Shown here piece after piece: positions 1 through 10,143 of a DNA stretch of 13,886 bases (position 1 is its first letter; each line of letters begins with the position of its first letter). The translations under genes were made by a program, and so were the position numbers. Below the pieces are notes generated by a model. It was not told the origin of the DNA. It worked only from the letters and a program-made list of their open reading frames with translations, and searched no databases. Origin of the DNA: Thecamonas trahens ATCC 50062 (lineage: Eukaryota; Protista; Apusomonadida); contig NW_013657606.1 of the NCBI RefSeq assembly GCF_000142905.1, positions 1 to 13,886 on the forward strand. The letters are read 5' to 3'.

Positions 1-905
1 CGCCATCACTCGCCACGCCGTCGCCAGCCGTCGCGAGGCCGACCACCAGCATCATCATCACCATACACATCCCACACACACTCTCTCATGCACACATCCA
101 CATCCACATGCTCGCCATACCCACATCCCCATCCCCCCAGCCAGCCAGCCAATGATCACAAATTCTTACTGATCACGCAACCTCACCACCCACCCCCCCC
201 CATCAACCATCACACACACACACACTACCCATCCCAGTCCCAGTCCAAACACCCACATGCACTGGCCGTCGCCCCCAACCTGCCTGCCATCCACACATTG
301 CCAGATGGCGCTGCCTGCTCCCTCCAGCTGCTGAAGATGAGACCCAGACACATGCGCCGAGCACAACTATGCCTCGCACATCCGCCACACAACCGTCATC
401 GCTCTCCCGCAACCAGCACACCCGACCATCCATCCCATCAACCCCATCACCTGCTGCTGCTCAACCATCCATGCCCACCCGCGCCGTCCTCTGCAATCCA
501 ATCACCCCTCATCGCACATCAACACTCTGTCCTCCTTTATCCCGATCTCCCCCACAGCTCGCCACCGTCTCGGCCAGTCCTCCTTACCGTCCTCGATCAA
601 GCGAGGGCAGCCGGCCAGCTCTGCTTTGCTGGGCGTCGTGCTACCTCCACCTGACAGCGACGTACCTTGCCAACCCCACCCATGTCCCTCGCTCGTTGTC
701 CTCATCGCCGCCGCCCGCACACGCACCCTGGCTCACGCCCCTCGGCGGCAATCTGACCTCTGCCATCGAGGCGTTGCGCATGCCGACCCCAACCTCGCTC
801 GCAGCCGAGTGCTTCTCACATCAACGCCATCTTCCTCCTCGCCGGCGTTACCGCTGGCATGACGACTGCCACGCCGTTCATGGGCTGGGCAAACAACAAG
901 CCGAC

Positions 906-1688
906 NNNNNNNNNNNNNNNNNNNNNNNNNNNNNNNNNNNNNNNNNNNNNNNNNNNNNNNNNNNNNNNNNNNNNNNNNNNNNNNNNNNNNNNNNNNNNNN
1001 NNNNNNNNNNNNNNNNNNNNNNNNNNNNNNNNNNNNNNNNNNNNNNNNNNNNNNNNNNNNNNNNNNNNNNNNNNNNNNNNNNNNNNNNNNNNNNNNNNNN
1101 NNNNNNNNNNNNNNNNNNNNNNNNNNNNNNNNNNNNNNNNNNNNNNNNNNNNNNNNNNNNNNNNNNNNNNNNNNNNNNNNNNNNNNNNNNNNNNNNNNNN
1201 NNNNNNNNNNNNNNNNNNNNNNNNNNNNNNNNNNNNNNNNNNNNNNNNNNNNNNNNNNNNNNNNNNNNNNNNNNNNNNNNNNNNNNNNNNNNNNNNNNNN
1301 NNNNNNNNNNNNNNNNNNNNNNNNNNNNNNNNNNNNNNNNNNNNNNNNNNNNNNNNNNNNNNNNNNNNNNNNNNNNNNNNNNNNNNNNNNNNNNNNNNNN
1401 NNNNNNNNNNNNNNNNNNNNNNNNNNNNNNNNNNNNNNNNNNNNNNNNNNNNNNNNNNNNNNNNNNNNNNNNNNNNNNNNNNNNNNNNNNNNNNNNNNNN
1501 NNNNNNNNNNNNNNNNNNNNNNNNNNNNNNNNNNNNNNNNNNNNNNNNNNNNNNNNNNNNNNNNNNNNNNNNNNNNNNNNNNNNNNNNNNNNNNNNNNNN
1601 NNNNNNNNNNNNNNNNNNNNNNNNNNNNNNNNNNNNNNNNNNNNNNNNNNNNNNNNNNNNNNNNNNNNNNNNNNNNNNNNNNNNNNNN
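906..1688. other. Assembly gap (783 N)
   Basis: Run of N seen directly. ORFs in the track that cross it are artefacts. Confidence 0.99.
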
Positions 1689-1769
1689 TCCGTTGGATGA
1701 AGGCTCTAACAATACTAACAATCAAAAAGGCAGGCGCAGTCACCGAGCTGCGACGGCATCGCAGCAGGA

Positions 1770-2175
1770 GTGTCGAGACCGCACGATCACGCCAGCATCG
1801 TCGCTCTCCCCCTTGCCGACAATCGTGTCCATCCGTCCGCCGTGCCTCGCAGAAGACCAACTCTGACGTCGTCGCCATCGGCTTCACTCACCAAAGTCGT
1901 CATCAGCCGCCACATCGCCCGCGACAACCTCATCCGCTGCGCCCGCGGCGCTCACGCTCGCCGTCAACAGCGCCGTCAAACCCAGCAACGGGCTCATTCT
2001 CCGATCATGCGCCAACCACCCGGGCACATCGACGCTCTGTACCAACACCACGCCCGCCGTGGCCTCGTCCATCTCATCCGCGTCTGCCGATCGCTGCGTC
2101 CTCGTCGAGGCTCGCCTTGGCGGCAGCTGCTCGGCCCAGATCGCCTCGATTTGGTCACCGCGCTGACTCGCAAGT
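1770..2175 (+). pseudogene. Degenerate ankyrin-repeat gene remnant, probably of the same family as 6103-10143
   Basis: The frame of ORF 1770..2315 gives HDHASIVALPLADNRVHPSA (1782-1841), resembling GHASIVSLLL and LLADGRxDP in the intact gene. It also gives RDNLIRCARGAH, GHIDAL (2022-2039) and DRLDLVTALTR (cf. GRLDVVGVLLR). CACGCCAGCATCGTC at 1788-1802 is identical to 7150-7164. Many codons end in C, but repeat spacing is broken. Confidence 0.55.
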
Positions 2176-3950
2176 GCGTAGCCACTGCACCGAGCCCAAC
2201 CGCCCCGTGCGACTTGGTCGGCTGTAGATCGGGTCGGAGGGGGGTCGCAGTTGGGGCTGTCAAGAACGGGAGCGGTCGATCGAGTCGGGGGGGTAAGGCT
2301 GGGTGCAGCAGTTGATCACCTCTCCGATGGTGCCGGCTGACATCAGAGTCTGGAACTCCGAGCTCGGCTCCCTGCCAGGCCGCCACGGATTCCATCGAAC
2401 GAGTCGACACGGTCTGCTGCCTCTCCTGCTTGCCACTTCTCAGCGCTGAAGTGCTTGAGCCGCTCGGCGCCGCATCGTCTACCAAGGCCACTGCCGACAC
2501 GAACATACGCCAGACGCGCTCGGTGTCGTCGAGGCCATACAGCAGGTAGATGGCACACAAGATGGCCTCGGCTTGTACATCGTAAGAGTCCGAAAGCACA
2601 ACATCATCCATGCCAGTGGCCTTGAGATACTGTTGACACGCTTCCCGTGACTCCATGTCCTGCATGGCGCTCGTCATCGGACCCACGTCCATGGCGCTGT
2701 CCTCGAGTGAGAACAGCTGCATCCAACCCATAAGGGTGAGCACCGTGTCGCTGATAAATCCCAGCCGCTTAAACGGTGTGTCGTTCTTGTTCGACGGGAT
2801 GGCCGTGGCAATGACCGCGTTCAGCCACTCGTAGCTGGCGGGCATGCCCAAGACAGCCACCGTGTCATGAACCCGCTTGCGGACCCCGTGCATCCGCAAG
2901 TGCTTGCGCCCATGGCCACCGCTTGGTCGATGGCGGCGCCGCAAACTGTCGATGCCGGGAACTGAACCAAGCTTGTCGCATTGCCCTTGACGCAGCTGTT
3001 GTCGTCATTGGCATCGTCGTCCACCGGCACAGCCTCCGGACACTCGCGCCCGAGGACGGCCCAGAACGAGGACACGTCACCCCTGTCAACAACTTCGAGA
3101 GGATACGCCCAAAGGTGCTTCTTGTTTGACCAGAGCCACCAAAACGTGCCCGATCGCGCCTTCTCGAGCTCTGCGTGGCCCTTGAAGCGGCGCATCAGCT
3201 CACCCCCGGCGCGAGACGCCTTGCCCGACGACTGGTCCTCCTCGACAAACTTGGCGGGCACGATCCACTCCTCGGCAACAGTGGGCCTGCGGGCGTAGGC
3301 GGACTCGTGGTAGTGGATGTGGCGGGCTGGGAGACACAGCATACAGTCATTACCATTTGCATTAATGTACACGAGCTCGCTCGGGCTGCTTTGCCCGCGC
3401 AGCATCCCGAGCCCCTCGACCGAGTACTTGGCTGTGTCCGAGACTGCCACATCCGACGCCGCGTACAGCGCCTGCAGGAGCCGCACTGTTATCTTGTCCT
3501 GGCCGACCACTACAATCAAGCGCCCCTGATTCAAGTCGACCCCGCGGCGGCTGCTTGTGTAGATGATACAGGACTTGAACTCGTTGTAGCTACTGACCAT
3601 GATGTTCTCGCCATCCATAAGCTTCTCCAGCTTGGCCGACACAAGTAGTCCAGGACCATCGCAGGCTCGTCGCCGCGTGCCACCATCGGCAACAGGGCAC
3701 AATCCAGTTTGGACGAGGTGCGTGGCGAGTCAAGCCCGATGGCAACCTTGGCACCAGCTGGCAGCGGCATGGGATCGCCACTGGCTTCGCAGACAATGAC
3801 AACCACAGAAGTGCACGCGTTGGCCACACTCGGATAGTGTGTGAAGGAGACGATGGCCTCGGCAAACTTGATAGCATCCTCGTCGGAAGGGCTGCTGGGG
3901 ATGTGGGCGTTGTGCCAACTCTCGTCTGCGCACACCTGAAGGACGCCCTC
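1994..3950 (-). pseudogene. Frameshifted gene (pseudogene or assembly errors): unknown N-terminal region plus C-terminal RNase III-like domain
   Basis: Three overlapping minus ORFs (3531..3935, 2821..3702, 1994..2944) join into protein-like text if one base is restored near 3645 (MVLDY/LVSAKLEKL) and one near 2910 (DQAVAMG/RKHLRMHG). The third part has FKRLGFISDTVL (2773-2738) and DVQAEAILCAIYLLYG (2581-2534). The true 3' end is uncertain because the tail below about 2300 is not protein-like and overlaps the ankyrin remnant. Confidence 0.6.
2500..2850 (-). other. RNase III-like domain (divergent)
   Basis: KRLGFISDTVL resembles the RNase III signature ERLEFLGDxVL, and EAILCAIYLLYG resembles EALIGAIYLDxG. 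Order and spacing are as expected, with a helical segment SREACQQYLKATGM in between. Confidence 0.7.
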
Positions 3951-4010
3951 CTACCGGGCCTCGATCGCGTAAAAGCATCCAGCTCTGCTTGCTACGCTAA
4001 CATGCCTTAC
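3951..4010 (-). other. Possible 60-nt spliceosomal intron at the 5' end of the minus-strand gene
   Basis: The minus strand reads AAG|GTAAGG at 4010 and CGGTAG|GAG GGC GTC CTT CAG GTG at 3951. Splicing would remove the in-frame TAG upstream of EGVLQVCADESW. No clear branch point is seen and the upstream exon start is unresolved. Confidence 0.35.
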
Positions 4011-4861
4011 CTTGCCGCCATGGGTACGGAATGGGGACCGATAAACGGATTGTCGACTTGGCGGAGATCCGTGTAGAAGCAGTGTGTGTTGTGTGGTAGT
4101 CGGTGTCGTAGCTCTGAATCGTCCGTCGCCGAAAGAATTTGGTGATCACTGCTCCGCTCCCTCCACCTTCCCATTCCATCCAAGCATCGACACACACTCA
4201 TCGGACAGACTGACGGATGATGCAGATATCCATCCTCTCCCATCCCATCACCTGCTTGCTGGTCACGAGCCTGCTGTCCAGCAACTGGCCAGTCGATAAA
4301 GCCATCCACGCATACACCTCAGTCGTGGCCACGCCCCATGACGCACTCGCATCGCAGCGCTCGTCACAACTATGTACTCAGTCCGTGGCCCACATCCCCA
4401 GTACCAACCGTCCGATGACCATTTACCCCCTCACGTCATGTCGTAACCATCGCCGCAAGGCTCATCGGCGCTCCACCGCGGCCATCGCCCCGATCGCAAT
4501 CAGCATCATCACAGAGACCCCCCCTGCCCACGCCCGCCGCACAGCATCCGCACTTTCCCACAACATGCCGTCCTTCATACAGGCACACGTCCAGCAGATG
4601 TGAAAGTCACACAACATGTAGTACCTATCGTCATCGCATCGGTTCTAGTGATTGCCGACACAGACCACAGGCTCAAGCCGCATGGCGCTCGACCTCATCC
4701 ATCCTCACGCGGGACGCCAGCTTCGACATCGACCATGATCCCCATCGATCAGCCGAGCTCAAGGACAGATCGGGCATCTCACAGTGCCTGCACCAAGTGC
4801 GCTCGGCCATCTCCAGCTCCCAACCAGCCGATCGCCCCGCTCGCTTGACGGCTCGAGATGT

Positions 4862-5894
4862 CCAAGCCAGGCGAGCCAAACCACGACCTTTGTCGGCCGC
4901 CCAAGCCAAGCAAGCCAAACCACGACCTATTATAGGCCGCCCGAGCCAGGCGAGCCAAACCACGACCTATTATAGGCCGCCCGAGCCAGGCGAGCCAAAC
5001 CACGACCTTTGTCGGACGCCCAAGCCAAGCAAGCCAAACCACGACCTATTATAGGCCGCCCGAGCCAAGCAAGCCAAACCACGACCTATTATAGGCCGCC
5101 CAAGCCAAGCAAGCCAAACCACGACCTATTATAGGCCGCCCGAGCCAGGCGAGCCAAACCACGACCTATTATAGGCCGCCCGAGCCAGGCGAGCCAAACC
5201 ACGACCTTTGTCGGACGCCCAAGCCAAGCAAGCCAAACCACGACCTATTATAGGCCGCCCGAGCCAAGCAAGCCAAACCACGACCTATTATAGGCCGCCC
5301 AAGCCAAGCAAGCCAAACCACGACCTATTATAGGCCGCCCGAGCCAGGCGAGCCAAACCACGACCTATTATAGGCCGCCCAAGCCAGGCGAGCCAAACCA
5401 CGACCTATTATAGGCCGCCCGAGCCAGGCGAGCCAAACCACGACCTATTATAGGCCGCCCAAGCCAGGCGAGCCAAACCACGACCTATTATAGGCCGCCC
5501 AAGCCAGGCGAGCCAAACCACGACCTTTGTCGGCCGCCCAAGCCAGGCGAGCCAAACCACGACCTATTATAGGCCGCCCAAGCCAGGCGAGCCAAACCAC
5601 GACCTTTTTTCGGCCGCCCAAGCCAGGCGAGCCAAACCACGACCTTTGTCGGCCGCCCAAGCCAGGCGAGCCAAACCACGACCTATTATAGGCCGCCCAA
5701 GCCAGGCGAGCCAAACCACGACCTTTGTCGGCCGCCCAAGCCAGGCGAGCCAAACCACGACCTATTATAGGCCGCCCGAGCCAGGCGAGCCAAACCACGA
5801 CCTTTGTCGGCCGCCCAAGCCAGGCGAGCCAAACCACGACCTATTATAGGCCGCCCAAGCCAGGCGAGCCAAACCACGACCTTTTTTCGGCCGC
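4862..5894. repeat. Tandem array (minisatellite) of 26 units of 39/40 bp, consensus CCRAGCCARGCRAGCCAAACCACGACC-[TATTATA|TTTGTC|TTTTTTC]-GGCCGC
   Basis: Counted by hand: 17 TATTATA units (40 bp), 7 TTTGTC units (39 bp), 2 TTTTTTC units (40 bp). Boundaries are sharp and there are no unique spacers. Confidence 0.97.
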
Positions 5895-6054
5895 CCGAAC
5901 CGGGACCGAAATCCGCCCAAAAACAGCGGAACACTCCCCAAGAGCGAGGGCACACACAGGCAGAGACTGAGGCATTCGACGGGCACGGTGAGGCACACTT
6001 GTCGCCAGCGGGGGAAGCGAGGCGAGAGGGTGTTCTGTAGAGAGCGGGGCAACA

Positions 6055-6100
6055 GGAAGAGGGAGGAGGGGAGAGGGGGAGAGAAGGGGGGGGGGGGGGG
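6055..6100 (+). promoter_or_regulatory. Purine-only tract ending in G15 just before the ATG; potential G-quadruplex
   Basis: GGGAGGAGGGGAGAGGGGGAGAGAA-G15-AT-ATG(6103) contains four runs of at least 3 G. Function is inferred only. Confidence 0.4.
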
Positions 6101-6102
6101 AT

Positions 6103-6491
6103 ATGCTTGAGAGACTACCTGTGGAGGTGCTGCAGTACATGGCGTACATGGGTGTGCTGAGCGGGAAGGAGTTCATCAACCTCTGCTGTGTCTCTACCAC
6201 CATCCATCATCGTCTCCTTGCCCGTCCGCTCCCACGTGCCATTGCCCTCGCTTCATTGGCGTCGCCCATCTCTCTCATGTTCCATGCCGAATGGCATGCC
6301 CTTCGCATTCTCGAGAAGCGCTCCCGCATCAATGCCTTTCGCAGAGGTCTTCGCCCACGCCTTCATGGCTATCCTCGCCTCATCAGCTCTCTGCCGCACG
6401 CCCTGCTGACTGCCATGGCCCACCGCCCGACAAGGTCGTCGTCATCATCATCATCGTCATCGTCATCATTATCATCGTCATCGTCATCATT

Positions 6492-6542
<51 letters not shown>

Positions 6543-9500
6543 CGTGGCACTCGTCCTGGGTGACAATGCCATCCTTGGCCACACGTGCCTGGCGTTGGCT
6601 CTCATCGCAAAGGCTGGCACTGGCCATGAGGGCGATCACTGGCTGGCCCTGGTGCGGATGCTGGCAGAGTACGGCAAGTCCGTAAAGGTCGCCCCGCCTA
6701 CCGCTCTGCTGCCGGCGAGTCTTACGCTTGATCCGGTCGTCGCCACCCTGGCCTGGCGAACGGTACCACTGGCGGCGGTGGCGGCGGTGCGCAAGTCTGA
6801 CTCGGCGGTTAGTCTTGTGCTTGATCTGCTGCCTGGCCTGCTGCAGGCAGAGCGCGATGTGGTGGCCGAGGCGGCGGCAGTGGCCGACAACACCAAGGTG
6901 ATCTCACGGGTGGTCACGACCGACAACGCCAGGCGGGTGTTTCTGCTGGCGGCCAAGGCCGGCGCGGTCTTGGTCGTCCGCCGCATGCTCGACGACGCAA
7001 CCGGCGACGCCGAGTGGGCCGACGGCAGCGTGCTTGTCGACATTGCCCGCGCCGGACACACCAAGGTCATCGACGCCCTTGTCTCCGAGTCGCGGTTCCG
7101 CGTCGAGCGGTTTGGTGCGGCGGCGACAGCCGCCGCCATCCGCGCCGGCCACGCCAGCATCGTCTCGCTGCTCCTCACCACCGCCCGCGGGCCCATTGAC
7201 CGCGCCCTCTTCACCCGCGCCTACCTCGCCGCCGCTGCAGCCGGTCACACCGCCGTCGTCCGCCAGGTACTCCACTTCCGCATCGTGAATCCGAGCGCCA
7301 AGGACAACGAGGCCATCGTCTCTGCGGCGGCGGGTGGTCATCTCGAAATTGTCAAGCTCCTCGCGGCACACAAGGCGATCAACGTGGCAGCGAGCAAGTG
7401 CCGCGCGCTCCGGAGCGCTGCTGCCCTCAACAAGACCGCCTCCGTCTTCAAGTTCCTTCTCTACCACGAGTCGGCGGACCTCTCCCTTGCCAAGTCGATC
7501 CTCGCGCACGCGGTCAAGCACGGCAGCGACGCCATCCTGCGCATCCTAATTGGCCACCCCGACGTCCAACTTGGATACATCGACCTCCGCGACGCCTGTC
7601 TCGCCGCCGCCCGTGCCAACCAGCCGGGCGCCCTCATCGCCCTCCTGTCACACGCCGAGATCCCGGGCGCACAGATGCGCGCCTTCTTTGCTGCCGCCGA
7701 GGCTGGCGCCGCCGACGTCCTCACCGCCCTCCTCGCCCGGCCTCACTCGCCGCAAGTGGCTACCGAGGCGCTGGCGGTGGCGGTGGCGGTGGGCGTCTCG
7801 CAGCTCGCTGCCGCCCGTGCCCTCCTCGCCGAGCCGGACCTCGACCTGGCGCCGTTGCAGGCCAAGGTGGTGGCGGTAGCGGTCGAGGCCGGCGACGATG
7901 CCCTCTGCCAGGCGCTCGTCGCGCACCCGCAGTTTGATCCGACCACTGGCCCGATCCTGCAGCAGATTGCCTCGTCCCGCAAGCCGCTGCTCGGTGCGCT
8001 GGCTGATCTCCTGCGCCATCCAGCGTGCGACGTACGGCCGGCGTCGAGCAAGCTCGTCCAGCTTGCGGTGGAGAGTGGGCGCCTCGACGTGGTCGGCGTC
8101 CTCCTGCGCGACGAGCGGATAGACGTGACTATGGCCCGGTACGCGCCGTTCAAGATGGTCATCAACACATGGAGCGTGGCGCTGTTCAAGGTGCTGCTTG
8201 CGCGGCGTGATGTGTCGCCGGCCGCGCTCGACAACTACGCGGTGTGCGCGTGCGCCGAACGCGGGCTTGTCGAGCTCGTCAGCCTCCTTCTCGACGACGG
8301 GCGGGTGGACGCCGGCGCGCGGCAAAACCTCCCGATCCGTGCTGCGGCGAGTGGCGGATACACGGCGGTGGTGGAGCGGCTGCTGAGGGCACCGGGCGTC
8401 GATCCGGCGGCCATCGACAACTTTGCGCTGAGGAAGGCCGTCGCCCGCGGCCACGCCGACACGGCGCTGCTCCTTCTTGCCTCGCCACGCGTCAAACCGA
8501 GCCTGGAGGTGGCGGCGCTGGCGCTGCGGCTAGCAGCCGATGCCGGCGAGGACCGCCTCGTTGCGCAGCTCATCAGCATCCCGGGCATCGACGTGACGGC
8601 CAGCGACAACGCGGCGCTAGTTGCAGCGCTGGCGGGCAATCATGCAGAGGTAGTGCGGCTGCTGCTGTCTGCGCCTGGGAGCGCGCCTGGCGCGATAGGC
8701 ACCGAGGCGGTGATCACGGCAGCACGGGCCGGGTGGACGCCGCTGCTCAAGGTGCTGCTCGCCGACGGGCGGTGCGACCCGACAACGCAGGACGGCGCGG
8801 CGCTGGTGGGTGCGGCGAGGGCCGGGCGGACGCCTGCAGTGGTAGCGCTGCTGGAGGACGGGCGGGTGGATGTGGCGGCGGTGTCGGGCGCGCTGATGGC
8901 GGCGGCGGTGACCAAGCCTGTCATGCTGGCGGCGGTCCTGGCGCATCCGGCCATCGATCCCGGAGTGGCGAACAACGCGGCGGTGAAGACAGCGGCGGCG
9001 GGCGAGTACCTCGGCTCGTTGGCGCTGCTCCTCGCCCACGCCAAGGTTGATCCGGGCGTCGACGACAATGCGCCGCTGCGACGGAGCGCCAAGGCCGGCG
9101 CGTACTCTGTGGTGGAGATGCTGGCGGCCGACGAGCGGGTGGATCCTGCGGCGGGCAACCACGCGGTGCTGCGGCAGGCGGTGCGCCAGTACGACGTGCG
9201 GCTCTTTGCCATTGTCACCGCCTCGCCGCGCTTTGATCCCTGCGCCAATCGCGGCGGCCTGCTGTACCACTTGCTCCGTATGGGCGCCGCCGCCGACCAT
9301 CTTGTCGACCAGATCATCGCGATGCCGCCGCACGCGGTCGACTACACCTCGCCAGACAACCGGACGCTTGTCACCGCTGCCGCCAAGGGAAAGCTGGCTG
9401 TGGTGGAGGCATGCGTGGCGGCGGCCGATGTCGATCCGGCGGTGCCGGGCAACGCCGCCATCACCGCAGCCGCCCGCGGCGGACACATCGACGTTGTCCG

Positions 9501-10143
9501 CTTGCTCTTTGCTCAACAGTCGGTCGTCGACGCCGCCAAGGCCGAAACCGACTTTGCCACCCTGAACACTGCCACAGCCGCCCAGGCGTCGAACACGGGC
9601 CTGGTTGGGGGCATCTGCGGCATTGTCCATGCGCTCAACCACGCCCTCGGCATCCAGCCCCTCTCGCAGCCGTACCACGAGCACATGCGCCCGGAGCTCT
9701 ACCACTACATCGAGCGTGAGGTCGGCACGTCCGAGGCGGACGAGGCTCCCGTGGCAATGGATGTTGTCGTTGTCGATGACACGGCTGTGGCCGCCGTCCG
9801 GGACGAGAGCTCGGACTGGAACCTCTGCAGCCTCGCGGCGAAGCCCGGCACGCCGGTCACGGTCATGGTCCCGTACGCCCGCCCGCTGCTGGACTCGTCG
9901 TCCAGCGAGCCGGCAGAGGAGGAGGAGGAGGAGGAGGAGGAGGAAGAAGAAGAGTCGAGGTCCGAAGAGGACGCGATGGTGGACGAGGAAGAGGTGGCGA
10001 GGATGGCGATAGACGCGATGCAGACGCTGCAGATGACCACGGCGCAGCTCGCGCAGCTCGCGCAGGAGAGGCAGACGCAGCAGGCGAGGCGACGGGCCAG
10101 CCGCGGATCGGTTGATGTCGTGGATCTCCTCACCCCACCGTAA
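6103..10143 (+). CDS. F-box and ankyrin-repeat protein, 1346 aa
   Basis: Uninterrupted ATG-TAA ORF with strong GC3 bias. N-terminus LERLPVEVLQYMAYMGVLSGKEFINLCCVSTTIH fits the F-box pattern. Roughly 20 or more ~33-aa repeats of the type VDPAAxDNxAlxxAaxxGHxxvVxLLL (e.g. NPSAKDNEAIVSAAAGGHLEIVKLLA, DPAAIDNFALRKAVARGHADTALLLL, DPAVPGNAAITAAARGGHIDVVRLLF). Acidic tail. Confidence 0.92.
6436..6540 (+). repeat. (TCR)n microsatellite encoding a 35-codon poly-Ser tract with two Leu interruptions
   Basis: TCG/TCA repeats in frame within the ankyrin CDS. Confidence 0.95.
9916..9954 (+). repeat. (GAR)13 poly-Glu tract
   Basis: GAG/GAA run in frame near the C-terminus of the ankyrin CDS. Confidence 0.95.

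Noticed and set aside
40-540. C/A-rich tract as a telomeric repeat or His/Pro-rich gene (ORF 88..654)
   Set aside because: No fixed repeat unit, and the translation simply reflects the strand skew.
369-1887. Long ORFs 369..1700, 733..1887, 816..1721 and 859..1866
   Set aside because: Their length comes from translating the N gap.
3215-3530. Dynamin/Mx-like P-loop in the minus-strand gene (RLIVVVGQDK and DQSSGK)
   Set aside because: The two half-motifs are about 90 aa apart and neither forms GxxxxGK[ST]; likely coincidence.
4926-4936. CCTATTATAGG as a MADS-box CArG or MEF2 site
   Set aside because: It is CC(W)7GG and CTA(W)3TAG, each one base off the canonical CC(W)6GG and CTA(W)4TAG spacing.
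4862-5894. CRISPR array or TIGR-like guide array
   Set aside because: The variable part is only 6-7 nt with three recurring alleles. There are no unique spacers and no cas-like or Nop-domain gene in the window.
5912-5930. Hairpin TCCGC-N9-GCGGA at the array's right border as a terminator
   Set aside because: Only a 5-bp stem with no U-tract; expected by chance in GC-rich DNA.
4673-6052. Many short ORFs over the tandem array (e.g. MVWLAWLGRP...)
   Set aside because: The 40-bp units cycle through frames and contain stops; these are by-products of the repeat.
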